Shown: positions 36,738 to 55,989, counted from the first letter of the stretch. The stretch is DNA of 64,000 bases from Balanoglossus misakiensis (GCA_040954595.2 CM082584.2:9381061-9445060), one strand, 5' to 3'. Translations and numbers: made by a program. The notes: generated by a model from the sequence alone, not told the origin.

Positions 36738-39603
36738 TAGTGCAGTATTTGCTATTTACAGTTGTGACGGGTGATGCGGAAAGTTTAGTCAGCTGGATGG
36801 CAAAGGAGATGGGGTTGCGGCAGTTTTGGAGTTGTTCGAATGAAGTGCTACCCATTGAAGAGAACTAGCCAATTGAAGCCTAGTTCCGTATCTCTCCATT
36901 TTATAAGAGCTGCTATTATTTGTGCAAAATGACTCATGAGCACTTCTTGTCAAAAGACAGTCAGTGAATTGAGAGGAGAATGTGACACGAAACTAAGGAC
37001 AAACGTCCACTTTGTATGTCTTTAGCAATACATTGTATTTATATATTGAATCCATTTTAAGGATTTAACTTATTACTTGATGCGTCTGCTGAGCAACAGC
37101 AGCGAATAAAGACAACTTGAGGAATTTTACAACCTGGTACTATTTCGGCAACAAAATCTGCCATGTGAAACTTGTGTCTCTGACTACACGTGAATTACTC
37201 AGCCCATGTACCAGGAGAGGCTTTATTTCTTGCCCACTATGGGTTTGTAGCAGTCTTTGTATAAAGCGAACACATCTTGGATGAATTGCATGTTATGCTA
37301 ATGACTGCATGTCTGTGCACAACATTTTGATGTGGCGCCAGTGATGTATTGTAAATTTGTAATAGATGCCAGTATAATGGGAGTGTTGTCTGCTCTTTTT
37401 CTAACATGAGGAGGAAACAATGTCATGTGACGAATGCAGAATTATGTGTTATATTTATTTTTATTGAGTTGGACACAATAGTCTATGCAGTTGTTGATTC
37501 CGGCCACTGACAGTACTGTATGGTGCGGCCCGTTTACAGACCAGGCTACCCACAGAAGATACAGCACTGTGTGAATCCTGTCAGAAAAATCGACAGCCAT
37601 TTGCATTTTATACTGTTGCATTAACTTATGTACATAATTATGTATGTGTATAAGAAGCTTCTAAAGAGGGAGTGAATTGGAATTTTTTTTTTTTAATTAC
37701 AAGCAAACAATAAATTTGCCTTTTTCATGTACATTTTTTCTCTATGGTGTTGCATTCTAGTATTATGGTCTCAGTCCCATGATTGGAGGGACTGTGTAAT
37801 GGTGGAGTGTCCATGTGTTTGATAGCAGTGACCCAAGTATGTGTAAGTGTTCAGTTTACTGCACAGTCCCTGGATATTCTTAGCATTTCATCCAATACAG
37901 CATTTGCGCATACCAGGCATTACTCCAGAGAAAAATGAATCATGTCTGTGACAGCGCTCTCCGGTCTATAAAAATGGACCATCACCCAGAAAATACTGGT
38001 CAGATTTCCAGATGAAGCCATGATGAGTGAAATCCTTTACACCATGCGTCTGGCTTGTTTATCAGTCAATCTCGATTTTCTAGCGATTTTTTGATCGTTC
38101 TGGTTTGCCTAGTAGATGGCATTTTACTGAGGACTTGTTTGCAACGCATGATTTGAAATACAACTGAAAATCCTTTGATGTCGCGTTTTTGGGATTTTTC
38201 ATATACACATTATTTTTGCTGAAATATATGCACAGTCACAAAATTGAAATGCCTTATTTGATTTATTCTGAATATAAAATACGCCATACTTCTAATTCCA
38301 GTCCATGAATTAGCGAAAATGAACAATACTCTGTGTACAAGAATTGTTTCACCACATCTGTGCTCTTTGTCACAAAAAATATAAAATAGCCAAAAACTTG
38401 TTTATGAATCATACAATCTACCTGAAAGTCAATAACAATGCAGTGTACATGTATGTATTTTTTTTTTCACTCAGGAAAGTTTTTTCCCTGTTTATTTATA
38501 CAGGAAACTTCTATGGTTAAATATCATGATGTCTTTATTTTTTTTCAATCAAACTGACCAGAACCCATAATTACACACCATTTAAATATACATACCAATA
38601 GAATTGATACGAAAGATATTTATGGCTAAGTATTCAGTCACACATCTCAGTAAGCTGTACTTGAAAATTCTTCAACGATGTAAAATATTGGACTTTCTGT
38701 GCTCTACTCCAGTATATCACATGATTTGTATTGTATAAAATGTTTTCGTAAAACTTGAGATTCACAGTATTGTGATGGTAGCAGAAGGGGTAAAAAATAA
38801 CAAAGCTCTCTCAATAAAACAGACCATTATCAGCAATTAAAATTCTCTGATTATGTTTATGTTTATAAAACTATAGATTCTTTTCCACTGTCCATGGTAA
38901 AATTGAGAAATTTCAAGTCAAAACACGCTGCTGTTTATTATGCACAGTGTTAGTAGGAACCACAGCATAATGTTCAGCCACAGCTGTGGTGGACTTGCAG
39001 AAAATCCAACACTGATGTGACAATCAATATTTAAAATGAAGCGAAGGAGGTCAGCCAGCCCCCATTTGCCCAAAAAACTGTTAAAATGACACAATGCAAA
39101 AAGGTTAGAATTCCTACAATAAACTGTGCTCCTGTAGAGTTATTAAGATGTAAAGCACTGTTTTCTTAAAATTTCTATAAAAGTATAAAAATACTACATT
39201 CACAGATTTGAGTAAATTTATCAGTTGACCTTGGCAATATTCTGCATAATTTTGACCCCTCAACTGAAAGAAAATTGACAGAGTATATATCATGTCATTG
39301 GATTGCTAGCTCACACACTGACTTCTCTGCTTAATACTTGTGGGTTTTTTTCTTTTTGTAAACCTAACACCCAGGCTTTGAAACTGATAAGGAAGCACCA
39401 CTTGCACCATTGGAAACCACTGCAGTGCTGAACTGTTAGTGATAGTTGTCTATGAATAAATATGCCTACTTCAAAATGATGCCACAGAGTTATGACAGCA
39501 ACTGGGCACTGAGCCATCTTTTGAACTGTGCATGCCAGTCTGTTAATTCTTGTCCTACTACTGTTGTTGTTTATTTGTTTGTTTGTTTGTTTGGGGGAAG
39601 ACT

Positions 39604-45007
<5,404 letters not shown>

Positions 45008-46299
45008 CTCTGAAGAATATTCCCTCGCTACAACAATATCACAGTACTTTTAAAACGTCAACACTGTTCATCCAGCACAAAATATTCTCTCCTTCTCTGC
45101 TCATCAAGGGCCAACTCGCAACTAACTTGATTTGATATGGCCTGATCTGAAATGCAACATAAGACGACATATGACAAAAAAAGGACAATTACAGTAAAAG
45201 TCAAAGAGCTGCTCTATAAGGATGGACAAAATCTACAGTTCTTGGCTGCCACAGTCCTACCTCTTTGCCCCCTACCACGGTTTAACCGAGTCCCATCACT
45301 TATCAACGGCTGAACGTGGACCGACCGGTGTACAGGGAAACAAGTATACAAGGCAATTAATCATCTGAGTCAGCTGGGGTAGGCTAATTAATCAAACCTC
45401 CCTTGCGCACTTCTGACATGAATCACAACAGATTAATTGCATCTCAAGAACTCCATTTGAACAGGAAATATTTGGAAGTCCCCTAACTATTTTTAGTTAT
45501 TTTTACACATAAACAAGCTGATGTTTTACCAGGAAACATGCCCTGAGCAAAGCAGACTTTTATGCTATGCCATATGATAACTTCATGTGTTATGTGGAAT
45601 GTGTGATGCATCCCCCCCCCCCCCCCAGACAATTTCATTTATAGCTTGATTACCCTATGATTCCAATAATTCAAAGTTAAACCCATCAATTTCCAAGAAG
45701 TCTGAGTGACTAATTATTATAGTCCTGTGGGCCTCAAGGTATTGCAAATCTATATTTGGTCCACTGCTCTGACACAATCTCAAAGAAGCTTGCCCTGTGG
45801 TGAGGCAGATGAGGCCAGCAACTTTGTAAAGTTTCATTGACTTTTCCCCCTTAGATAGATCTTCGTAAGAAAATAAATGGGTTAGATAAAAAAGAATTAA
45901 AAAGATGGGGTTGTTAACTTGTGGATATTGACAACTTGCACAAAGGACCACCAAGAAAATTGACATTATTTTGATATCACATGTAGTTACATTGTATCTT
46001 CGCTTGCTTGCGTGTATACTATACATGTAAGACCAGCTCGCTGATCAGGGAAAACAACTAACACTAACAAACGGCCGATACGACGATCTCAGCCCGATGA
46101 GTTTAAGACCGATCTTTCAGGCTTTTGCCGAGTTTAGGAAGTAGCAAGATTTATGTCAAATAGCCATTTGATGTGAGTGTGCGTGTGATGTAATTGTATG
46201 TCCCACCATCGACGTGTACCACCCTACAAAACAAAACAGTACATACAACTACAACCGTTCGTGTTTTGTAAACAGGTGTAAAACAACTAATCGGGTACT

Positions 46300-46743
46300 A
46301 ACCTTCGATCCTATGCAAGTACACACAATAAAAGAGATATTAATCAGGCATACACACCACCAGCCCAACAACTTCGCGAAGAGCGACTGTGATTCACAAT
46401 AATACTTTACTTCCTTATAGCTTCATGTGATATGATCACTGATCTGAACCCGGAAATGCTGTACTGGTGACAGAGGGCGCTGTGTCACGCCCACAAACAA
46501 AATATGCGCACGCATGTAGGCCTTGCATGCACGGTAAGGTATGCAGCGTGCTTCTATCGTTGATTTTTTCGAACTTTACCCGTCACATCTCCATAAAACC
46601 AACGCAACGTAATCGACTTTACTCTCATTTTATATGCTCGGTGGGAAAATACTATTTTAATAGCCAGTTTCCAGCTGAATCGACTGTTTATGTGATTGGC
46701 TGGGCGCCGAGCCTGGTTTTGCATGCTGCCACCAACGGTCGAC
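46300..46743. promoter_or_regulatory. Probable bidirectional SYK/KAT14 promoter
   Basis: The genes diverge. ETS motifs (ACTTCC ~46409, CCGGAAA ~46449), CTCF-like ACAGAGGGCGCT ~46470, NRF1-like TGCGCACGCA ~46505 and ATTGG ~46695. The SYK 5' non-coding exon position is inferred. Confidence 0.5.
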
Positions 46744-49700
46744 ATGGAAAAACAAGACAAGAAAGAAACAGATGACAAGGTATTTGATAGTTAATTATAA
46801 ATCAGAACGTTTTTTGTCCAGAAATTATTGCACGCGTTGCAGGCATATATTGTAGTGCAGGTTTTGTGCAGTACCAGCACTTCATAATATGCACTGCCTA
46901 AGGGATGATGGTCTCTGACTATGTGATGATGCTTTGGCTGAAGGTTCATGTACATGATGATTCTGTAACACTGGGAACAGCAAATATGTCTCAGAAGATG
47001 CTGATTTTCACTTTCAATGTGTCTGTCCTGTAACACAGAATGAAACTGTGGAAATTGACATCGAGACGGTGGACTCCAGTGAAACAGAGGGGAACAAAAC
47101 GGAGGGGGAGGACAAATCTGACGTCGAAGGGGGCAAGTCGGAGGAGACGCCGAGGGGTTGTTACTGTGGAGAGCAGAAAGATGGTCTGACTTTGCCCTGC
47201 GAACAGTGCAAAAGAATTTACCACATTGGTAAGTCTGGCATTTTGTCTATGGGCAGATTTATCTGAAAGCTGAATTGTAACTTGATCAACCTGTACTTCT
47301 ATTGTCTATTTTGTCGCTTTCAATCACGTGTCAATTTTCCCCTTTTCTCCCCGATTTTGACAGGTTGCTTAAAATCAGGGCCACCCAGTTCTTTTGAAGG
47401 TGACAATTTCTTCAAATTGCTGTGTGAACACTGCAGCCCTGACAAGACCGAAGAAACAACAAGGATCAAACTCACTTGGTAAGATGTCATCTCTGATTTT
47501 GGTTTCCATGGAGACCATTTGGTACAACCATTATATCAACAAAAAGTTTTCACTGAACCACAGTCCTGAAGTATTTTTTTTCTGGTTGCCAGGTTTCTAT
47601 TTAATTAAACCTATAGAGTGTTGCTGTTGAAATAGACATTTTCATCAATTTGGAAATTATTTATGAAATTAATGTAAACTCATACATCATTAATAGGCAA
47701 CAAGTCGTTATCTTAACCATCTATAACCTTGGATTGAAGACGAGCGGTCGGAGGGGATTTTTCCGATGGAAAGAGGATATTTGCTCTTTTATAGACAAGC
47801 ATTGGCAGATGTTCTTTGGGGCAAGGTATGTGACAGAGACTACACACATGTTTTGCCAGAAAAAAATAACTTTAGCATTTCCCAGGATATGATTGCTCTC
47901 TTCATGACAACAGAGAAAGCTACTACTGGCAATGGCCATCCCCAGTCACATCTTAAAAATGTTCTTGCTATTAAAGAATTATTATTTTGATTTTAATTAT
48001 GTACCTGTCACTTTTCAGGGTAAGAACTGCCACATTTCACGGCACTGTGGCTGGTGTCTTGTCAACAGGTAATAAAGTCCACTTCAGATCCGGGGCCAGT
48101 GAGTTCGGAGAATCAGGATGGTGGGCTTTGGTGGAAAACAGGCCACCACAAAAACCAGATTTATCATGTAAGTGATACTTTTCATGGCCATAGCTTGAGT
48201 GATGTACAATATGATATGATTGATATGATACGATACGATACGAAACAATATGTATTTTTGTAGTGCCTCCCGGGCAAAAACTCGGTCCGAAGAGACAGAA
48301 GATTCCATTTGAACCAACCATCAAAGTGGAAGGACTGAGAGCCAGGAAAAGGACGTCATCCGTGGAGTCAGCCATCGAGTTGAAGGAAAAGAGATCAAGG
48401 ACACAGGTAAGGCCTTAGGACAGACTGTGTGCAGATGCCATCTTACAATACAGAGTGGAACATGTCTGAAATGGACACCACAAGGGGCTTTCATTTGTCT
48501 GTTTAATTAGAGTTTCTTTAAACATTTCATTATTCATATGAGATAGTACTAAAAGAGCGACAAAATAATCAAGGCATTTATGCCAATGCAAGCTAACACC
48601 ATCCGCCGTTCTGTTCAATCCCAAAGGAAGCCAAAGACATCCGGAAGGCCAAACAGGTGGAACCAAGAAGACTTGAAGATGGCAGAGAATGCGTTGAGAA
48701 CTTACAGCAGAGATCTGGGGTCTGTTTTGCCATTGCTTTATTGTTTTTTTACATCACATACATGTATAGGCAGATACACGCTCAGACGCAACCCCAGAGG
48801 CTAAGTCAGACGTTGAGATCTCTCTCACTGCCCCTAATTTAGCTTGGCTCTTGTTGTTCCGTCTGGTTCCCCCTAGCAGAGCACAGAGTGGACTTAGCGT
48901 TATGTAGCAAGACTGAGCTAACTTAAGCATCGCTTGACTTGGCTTTGGGAGAAAGACTGCAAGTTTCAAGTCTGCATCCCCTGTCAACTCTGTGAAACGC
49001 TCTCATTACAGGCCTCCACGCCGACAGTGCCAGATTCGCCATCAGTGCTGAGCCTGCTGGGAGCCGAAGACAGCTCAGATTCCATTGTGTCCAGCATGCT
49101 CTCAGAGAGTGACCTCACCCCAGAAGGTAAATCGATATACAGCATAACATGTATCAAAAATCTGTGTGGTTGAACTCCACAAATCAATGTCTGCTGCCAG
49201 GGTTGAAGAGTTGGTGGAGAGACTTGTGCCCCGGATCAGAAAAGCCCTCTCTTGAAAATACTATGTGATGTACAGCACAAAGTACACCTTAACAGTGAGT
49301 GCTTTTTATTTGGGATTCTACACCAGCCACTGTGCCGGCCATCTTAATGATAGGAGACGAGGTGCCCGACGACGACATCGACCTGGATACAGGGATGATG
49401 ACCACGTCACCGGCGGTGACCACGATCATGGCGACCACCATCCAAGACGCCCAGAAGAAAGCGGAGGAGGAGAGGAGGAGGCTGAAGATGGAGCAAGAGA
49501 AGAAGGTGGCAGAGAAAGAAGAGAAATTGGAGGAAACCTTGAGTTCTGGCGAAGAGAGTCAAGCGGAGAAGAAAGATGAAGCGAAGAGAGAAGTGACCAG
49601 GGTCAGGAAAGTGAAACAGATCGATGCCACACAAAAAAGTGAACCAAGGTATGGAAAAAGAATCAGAAAGATATGACCTCTGCATAGTTGAGTTTTTATT

Positions 49701-52025
49701 TAAAAAGATTTGATCATGTTTTCTTGATTCACACAGACCCTACTGATTAAATTTTTGCATTCAAAGTATGTCACTGATTACGTTGAACAAGTGATGGACT
49801 GCCAGGTGTGAAATTCTAATTTATACCGTACTTATTGGCATCATGAATAATTTTCTTTTCTCTTTGAAAACATGAAGAATTGTACCGATCAGTGTTTATG
49901 AAGAAAAGCAGTTGTTGAAGAGATTGGAGAACTGTCCTGATGCTGTGCAGAGAAATCCAGAAGCCCGAATGTTGAGAAGAAAATTATTGGTGAGACAGGT
50001 TGGTGTCCAATGACAGGTTTTGCATACTCACTGTATCTTGTGGGTTTTAGTGTGGAGGTACTCATAAGTTCATCAAATAAATGTAAGCATTCATCCGTGA
50101 CATTTTGCATCGTCAATTTCTTTTCGTTTTTTTTTTCTCTCTCTCAGGAAAAACGAGAAAGGGGACTCCCTCTCTTTGACTTAGACGAAGTGATGTTGAG
50201 CATTTTACGCAAAGTGTGCAACGTCACGCCTGAGACGCTAACGCCATTGCAGTCACCGAGCAGGGCCCTCAATCCATTGAACCTTCCAACCAAGGCTGCG
50301 GGTGACTTCAGAGTTCTGGATAGATTCCAGGTGAGTGTTCCTACTTGCAATCTCGAATTCCTTGCAGAATACCTAGCTAGCTCAGACCTCCCCCACTTCC
50401 CTATGTATGCCAATGGAAAACAATGGATTTGGACCAAACCACGATGGTGCAAGGGTTAAAATGCCTACCTATGTTTTCTTTTGTTCATAGATTTCTCAGC
50501 ACACAGTGAAGGCACAGCAGCAGCAGTATCCGTCGTTCAAAGCCCGACTGATTGGCGGTGATTACGAGAGTACGTTGCAGAGTATCTGTAGTCCCTACAC
50601 TGCAAGGTATGAATGCATAATCCATCTGCCAGTCATTATCTGTGGGTGCAGATAAGAGCGGACAGTTAGCTGAATTTACATGGCTCCTTTGTGTTGTCCC
50701 ACCAGCAGTCTTCCGCGAAGAGGGTCATATTCTCTCTAAATTCCATCACTAGCTCCCTTTTCAATCCGACTGCCTGCATTTGCGTGTTCACCATCTTGTA
50801 TTCAATGGTTAAAGCGACACATTCGACATTACTTCAGATATTTTTGTGATATGTGCGAGGTTCTCCTTTCTTTTAGAGTCCTCAAACCGTTCATAAGAAG
50901 AGATTACGAGTCAAGACCTCTGAAGCTGCAACTGATGCAGCAGATCTGGGAAAGCAGGAGGAGACTGGAACCCAGTTTTGAGCCGCCACCTCCGGCGCCG
51001 ATCGACTACTGCTACGTCAGACCCCAACACGTGCCATCAGTCAACGCCATGTGCAGGGAGTTCTACTGGCCGGGCATTGATTGTGAGTATTGCTGTTGTA
51101 CTTGAGGCTCATGGCAAATAGAGAATTATTTTCCGTATCTTGGCTTCTCTGTCTGTTGAACTAGCTGGATAAACTTTCAAGACATCCTGTGGTCTTGCCA
51201 AAAAATGAGTTTGCTCGACACTTGTCTGTTACCAGAATGGCTGTATGTATATATGCACATCTAGTAAAACCACACTGAGGGATTTTGGCTTCTATATGAG
51301 ATTCCTGATCTCGCTTTTGCTTCATTCAGCTAAAATTTATTGGAAGATACAAACACAGCTTAAAATGTGGCACAGTTGGACTTGACAACCCTTTTAGCTA
51401 ATTCTTGCTACTTCCTGTTTGCAGTATCCGAGACACTGCAGTATCCCGACTTCAGCGTGGTGGCGCTGTATCGCAAAGTGGTCATCGGATTCGGCTTCAT
51501 GGTGCCGGACGTCAAGTACAACGAAGCCTACATTTCCTTTCTGCTGGTCCATCCGGAGTGGAGGAATGCTGGGATAGCTACTTTCATGGTGTATCATTTG
51601 ATTCAGGTCAGTGGCTGCATTTAATACCAGTCCTTAAATATGTACACCACAAAAAAAATGTACATATATGAAAACCATTCTTTCATGGAGTTCAGGTCTC
51701 CCACAGTTTATATGTATATCATCTACAGTCACCACACATTGTACCTGTATTAGCTGTAACTTTTGGCTATTTCTGTATTATTACGACAAACACAAGAATC
51801 GCCAGCACTGCTTAAAATTACTTTCTATCTCCTTTGTCATTTTATTCTCAGACATGTATGGGCAAGGATGTCACCCTGCATGTGTCGGCAACCAATCCCG
51901 CCATGTTGCTCTATCAAAAGTTTGGATTCAAACCGGAAGAATTCATTCTGGACTTTTACGACAAATATTACCCGGTGGACAGCAAAGAGTGCAGACACGC
52001 CTTCTTTCTGAGACTCCGGAGGTGA
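46744..52025 (+). CDS. KAT14: Lysine acetyltransferase 14 (CSRP2BP/ATAC2): N-terminal PHD-like finger and C-terminal GNAT domain, ~15 exons
   Basis: MEKQDKKETDDK|NETVE..CYCG..CEQCKRIYH|IGCL..GDNFFKLLCEHC; WKEDICSFIDKHW; SPYTAR|VLKPFIRRDYESRPLKLQL..PIDYCYVRPQHVPSVNAMCREFYWPGID|VSETLQYPDFSVVALY..|TCMGKDVTLHVSATNPAMLLYQKFGFK..HAFFLRLRR*. Confidence 0.95.
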
Positions 52026-52096
52026 TTGACAGGCAGAGACTGTCTGTGTTGTGGGAAACACCGAGTGTCTGTAATTCCGGCCAAGCTGACCTCCGT

Positions 52097-52120
52097 ACAC
52101 ACACACACACACACACACAC
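52097..52120. repeat. (CA)n microsatellite in the KAT14 3' UTR
   Basis: Direct reading. Confidence 0.85.
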
Positions 52121-52707
52121 TGGGGGCTGAACAAAACACACCAACAGAAAACAGACACTTGACACAGTAATTACTCAAACTACTCAATATAATTGCATCC
52201 ATTTACATGTACTTTTATACAACTTGTGATGTACATGTATAAAAAATTGCAAAATTAAAATTATCAACATAAAACACGTGAAATAAAATCTGTTAGTGCA
52301 TCACAATGGATTTTCTGCTAGTGTCACCTGATATCCTAGTCCTTCATGGCTAAAAACTGGCAAAATATGAAACTGACCCTCCATCCAACTTTCTCCCCAA
52401 CAATATTTGCCTCCCTGTAAAAAAAAGTGGACTTGTTACAAGTCATTATGACCATGTAGTATCGTCTGTAACATATACTTAAAATTTTACTCATGATTTT
52501 ATTTTCCCTATGCATTTGAAAAAGTCTTTCATCTTTTTCCTTTGAATTTGTATTTTTAATCATGTTCACTTATAATATCTGCAAATGTCCTGATAACATA
52601 AAAAAAAAACACCCACATCTCAAACAATAAATTGCAAAATGTTCTGAGTAAATCTCACCCAGGTCAGGAGTTAACTGGTTAACAGAAAAAATGAGCAAAA
52701 GAATACA

Positions 52708-55284
52708 CTAATTTTCAGGTATCACGGTTTTACTAAGTTTACTCAATCGTTCTCGTTCAGCTTGAACTACGAGATCGAGCACTGATTGGCAAACGCTCTC
52801 AACAGGCGAGTCACTACTGCTGTTTTGGCTGGGGGCCGACGTAGACAGCGACTGGTCGACACGGTCGTCGTTTCTGTGGCCATCATCTCCTACTTCCGTT
52901 TCACTTGACCTTGGCGAGTCTGTTCGATCCTGGGAAACCTCACTATCGTTTTGACGACTGCTCCTTTCGTCGCCAAAATTCTGCTTGCAATCGACTATGG
53001 TGGAATCTGTCTCCATAACCTCTGTATTATCTGTGTCGTTGGCCACTGTAGCTTTTGGCACAATGTCTGTCGCAGGTCCATCTTTGTTGCGTTCTGCATC
53101 CGGCAAATCAGCATCACAGACCTGTTGCGCTGAAGCTATACACACTTCTGATCGCAGCGGCTTGTTCCGTTTGCTTTTTTCGCCTCTCTTTTTATGTTTA
53201 CTTCCGTGCCTATGTTTGCGTTTGTGGTGTTTATGTTTTCTTCTCCTCCTACTCGTCTCTTCACTCCGTCCCTTTTTCACGTGTGTCACCTCAATATCGG
53301 TGTCGGTATCCGTCAGGCAGTACGTGTTTGACCGTCTGTGTCTGCGCGAGGTTCTGCTGTGTTTACTCCTGCTTCTGCCACCAGAGAAGGACCCCATGAA
53401 TTCCACACTGCAGCTGCGACTGTGCGACAGCGGCGACCGAGATCGGCTTTTCGACCCATTGCGTCTCCGCCGCCCTCTCGAGTTTGAACGTGACCTTTCC
53501 CGGCTGTCTCGTTCGTAATAGGAATGCCCCGTTCTACTTCCGGTATGCGAAGTGGATGTGGACATCTTGCTGAAAATCGAGCTGCTGCTGGAACCGCGCC
53601 AATCGCGGGTGTCGTATGTAAAAGTCTGTCGGGTGGTGCGGGATCTGTATCGGTAATCTCTCGAAGGAGATCGCGATCTTGAGCGCGACCTCGACCGGTA
53701 TTCCCGTTGACTGCGCCTAGAATGTTTGTATGTCCGTGATGAGTACGTCTGAGGAAGTTCATAATCGGAGTCAGTTTCTGTTGTATAGGCGTCTCTCTTT
53801 GATTTGTGATACAGATGATCGGAGAGTTGGTACGTGCTTTTTCTGACATGTTTAGTCTTCTGCTTCCGCTTCCCACCGGGTTTGTTCATGACGTTTCTGC
53901 TTCGATCACACGAATCACTATAACTACTACTCCGTTGGCCGCGGCGGTTGTACCACTCGCTGCTGCTACTTCGCTCCTGATACGACCTCTTGCGACTCCT
54001 ACGATTCCGGACCTCGTCTCTGCTCCTGCGAATCGCAACCTGTCCGCTTTTCCCTGGGCTTCTTTCGTCGTCGGATTTCACTTCTGGATCCGACGACAGC
54101 TCGATAATTGCTTGTGGAGTTCTCTCCCCTGGGGGTTTCACAAACCCTACAAATATCACATCGTCCGAGTCTGAATCTGCAGTCCCACTGGGCCCAGCAG
54201 GTGGCTCGGGGTTGTGTGTACTCAACAGATCAGTATTGGTGGCGGATGTTGACGGTAAATCCCTGGGGGCGTTTCCACCGAATACCCAAGTGCTTGCCAA
54301 GCCCGGAATTGACTCCACTGGTGAAATGATGGAATTGTCGGAATTGCTACTTGTAGTACCGTCTGGAGAGAGGGCAATCAATGGGATATCTCCGCTGGCT
54401 GCTGCCTCCGCTCGTTGATTCATGTTCGGATAGTCGTAATACGTGAGCTGATCATACGCTGCCATATTGTGAAGTGACCTGGCGAAGCTGATCAACTCAC
54501 TGACAAACTGTTCGGTTCTGTGGTACAGGAAAGGTCTCAGATACTGTTTGAACTCTTCACTTTCCATGTCTACTTGCGAGACGTAAGATAGCACCATGGC
54601 CGTCATGAACTTGACATGAGAATCGTTGTTGGTGAATAAAACCGACATTTCCCTCTGCAGCCACGGCACAAGTCTGTGGACACATGCTGGATTGGCACGA
54701 TAAAACGCTGCGCTGATATCCCGCAGGCGAGTGGATTTCCTCGTTGCGCTCTGCTTGGCTCTCAATCCAAACGCGTAGACTAACCGGCGCTTCTCAAAAG
54801 CGGCAGCTTCCAGTCTCCTGCGATGCGACCTGTACCTAGATCTGGTCAGCATGAGGTTCCTTCTCTGGGCCATCAGGGATCGCCTCGCTTCGGTCAGCGT
54901 GGTCCTGTAGCGGAACCTGGCCATGTCCCTATCTCCCACGCCGATCGATCCGTTCTCCATTGGCGGCAGGTAATACTGATCGTACATTTCATTCGACTGG
55001 ATGTTGTGTATGATCGACTTAAAAGAGGTCTTGCAGAGGGGACACGTCGCTTTCACTTTGGACCACTCCAGTATGCACACAAAACAGAAAGTATGAAAGC
55101 AGGCGTCTGTGAACGACTTGTTGTCGAATTTCCCCAGGCAGATTGAACAGTTAGTATCTGGTGATTTGGCACCGCTTCTCTGTGGTGATGATTCTGTGTC
55201 ACGGGACGGACTTTTCAGTTCTTGATCGTCTTTATCACAGGTTGACTTCGGTGTGCTGTCTGGAGATACATCCATGGCCTCCAT
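52708..55284 (-). CDS. TOPORS: E3 ubiquitin/SUMO ligase Topors (858 aa, single coding exon)
   Basis: C3HC4 RING CSICLGKFDNKSFTDACFHTFCFVCILEWSKVKATCPLCK, then RFRYRTTL, ANPACVHRLVPWLQRE, SIM-like DDVIFVGFVKPPGERTPQAIIELSSD, an RS-rich region and a K/H-rich basic tract. Confidence 0.96.
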   Translation of the reverse strand: MEAMDVSPDSTPKSTCDKDDQELKSPSRDTESSPQRSGAKSPDTNCSICLGKFDNKSFTDACFHTFCFVCILEWSKVKATCPLCKTSFKSIIHNIQSNEMYDQYYLPPMENGSIGVGDRDMARFRYRTTLTEARRSLMAQRRNLMLTRSRYRSHRRRLEAAAFEKRRLVYAFGLRAKQSATRKSTRLRDISAAFYRANPACVHRLVPWLQREMSVLFTNNDSHVKFMTAMVLSYVSQVDMESEEFKQYLRPFLYHRTEQFVSELISFARSLHNMAAYDQLTYYDYPNMNQRAEAAASGDIPLIALSPDGTTSSNSDNSIISPVESIPGLASTWVFGGNAPRDLPSTSATNTDLLSTHNPEPPAGPSGTADSDSDDVIFVGFVKPPGERTPQAIIELSSDPEVKSDDERSPGKSGQVAIRRSRDEVRNRRSRKRSYQERSSSSEWYNRRGQRSSSYSDSCDRSRNVMNKPGGKRKQKTKHVRKSTYQLSDHLYHKSKRDAYTTETDSDYELPQTYSSRTYKHSRRSQREYRSRSRSRSRSPSRDYRYRSRTTRQTFTYDTRDWRGSSSSSIFSKMSTSTSHTGSRTGHSYYERDSRERSRSNSRGRRRRNGSKSRSRSPLSHSRSCSVEFMGSFSGGRSRSKHSRTSRRHRRSNTYCLTDTDTDIEVTHVKKGRSEETSRRRRKHKHHKRKHRHGSKHKKRGEKSKRNKPLRSEVCIASAQQVCDADLPDAERNKDGPATDIVPKATVANDTDNTEVMETDSTIVDCKQNFGDERSSRQNDSEVSQDRTDSPRSSETEVGDDGHRNDDRVDQSLSTSAPSQNSSSDSPVESVCQSVLDLVVQAERERLSKLSKTVIPEN

Positions 55285-55989
55285 CTCTTTGGCAGTTTTC
55301 TGGTATTCTTAATTTTCAAATTCTGCTTGAATCGGTTGTTGATTTTTACCTGCTGAAAGAAATGCACACATATCTGAAATTAACATCACAGTAAATGTGT
55401 TGGTCCAGACATGTATGCTAGTGACAGATCAAAAAGGCAGTGATCGTGTGTTCTTCACTTGTCTGGATTGTTACTGTCTTGTACGATGCTGTTGTATAAC
55501 CTGCCACGACAAACCACAGTATCAACAACGTCATTGTAAGTCATTCATCCCACAAGTCTATTGCGCAAATAGCATTGCAGATGAAGAGTGGACAACCGGT
55601 GTCGGGCAATCGATTAATTTTGTCTGTGAGCGAGCACGGTTTCTGTTGAGAACAGAATGTTTACATGTAATATACGACGTTTATTGCTGTATAATTGTGA
55701 CTTGCAGATAGCAGGCATTGTTAGCTTAAAATATTCACATGAATCATTGTATTGGGTTTGTTTTATGTCATCAGATGTTTATCGAACGGGGCCTTGGCAG
55801 TGTCGATCGTATATTCTGGGCGTAATTTTCAAACTGACTAATCTTTGGCTATGTAGAGACAAACACATTTCGAATTGTTGAACGGATCAGTTCATTAGCT
55901 CACCTTTCTAGGCCTTGATTAAGTAACATTTGCTGGGAACAGCTGAGCTGACCGGTGAACCTATCTGCCATTTCCTAACCAAGAGACTT

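Noticed and set aside
47502-47515. Near-perfect X-box in a KAT14 intron (another at 56557-56570 in the SMIM27 3' UTR)
   Set aside because: Isolated hits away from promoters of ciliary genes; they cannot be told from chance without binding data.
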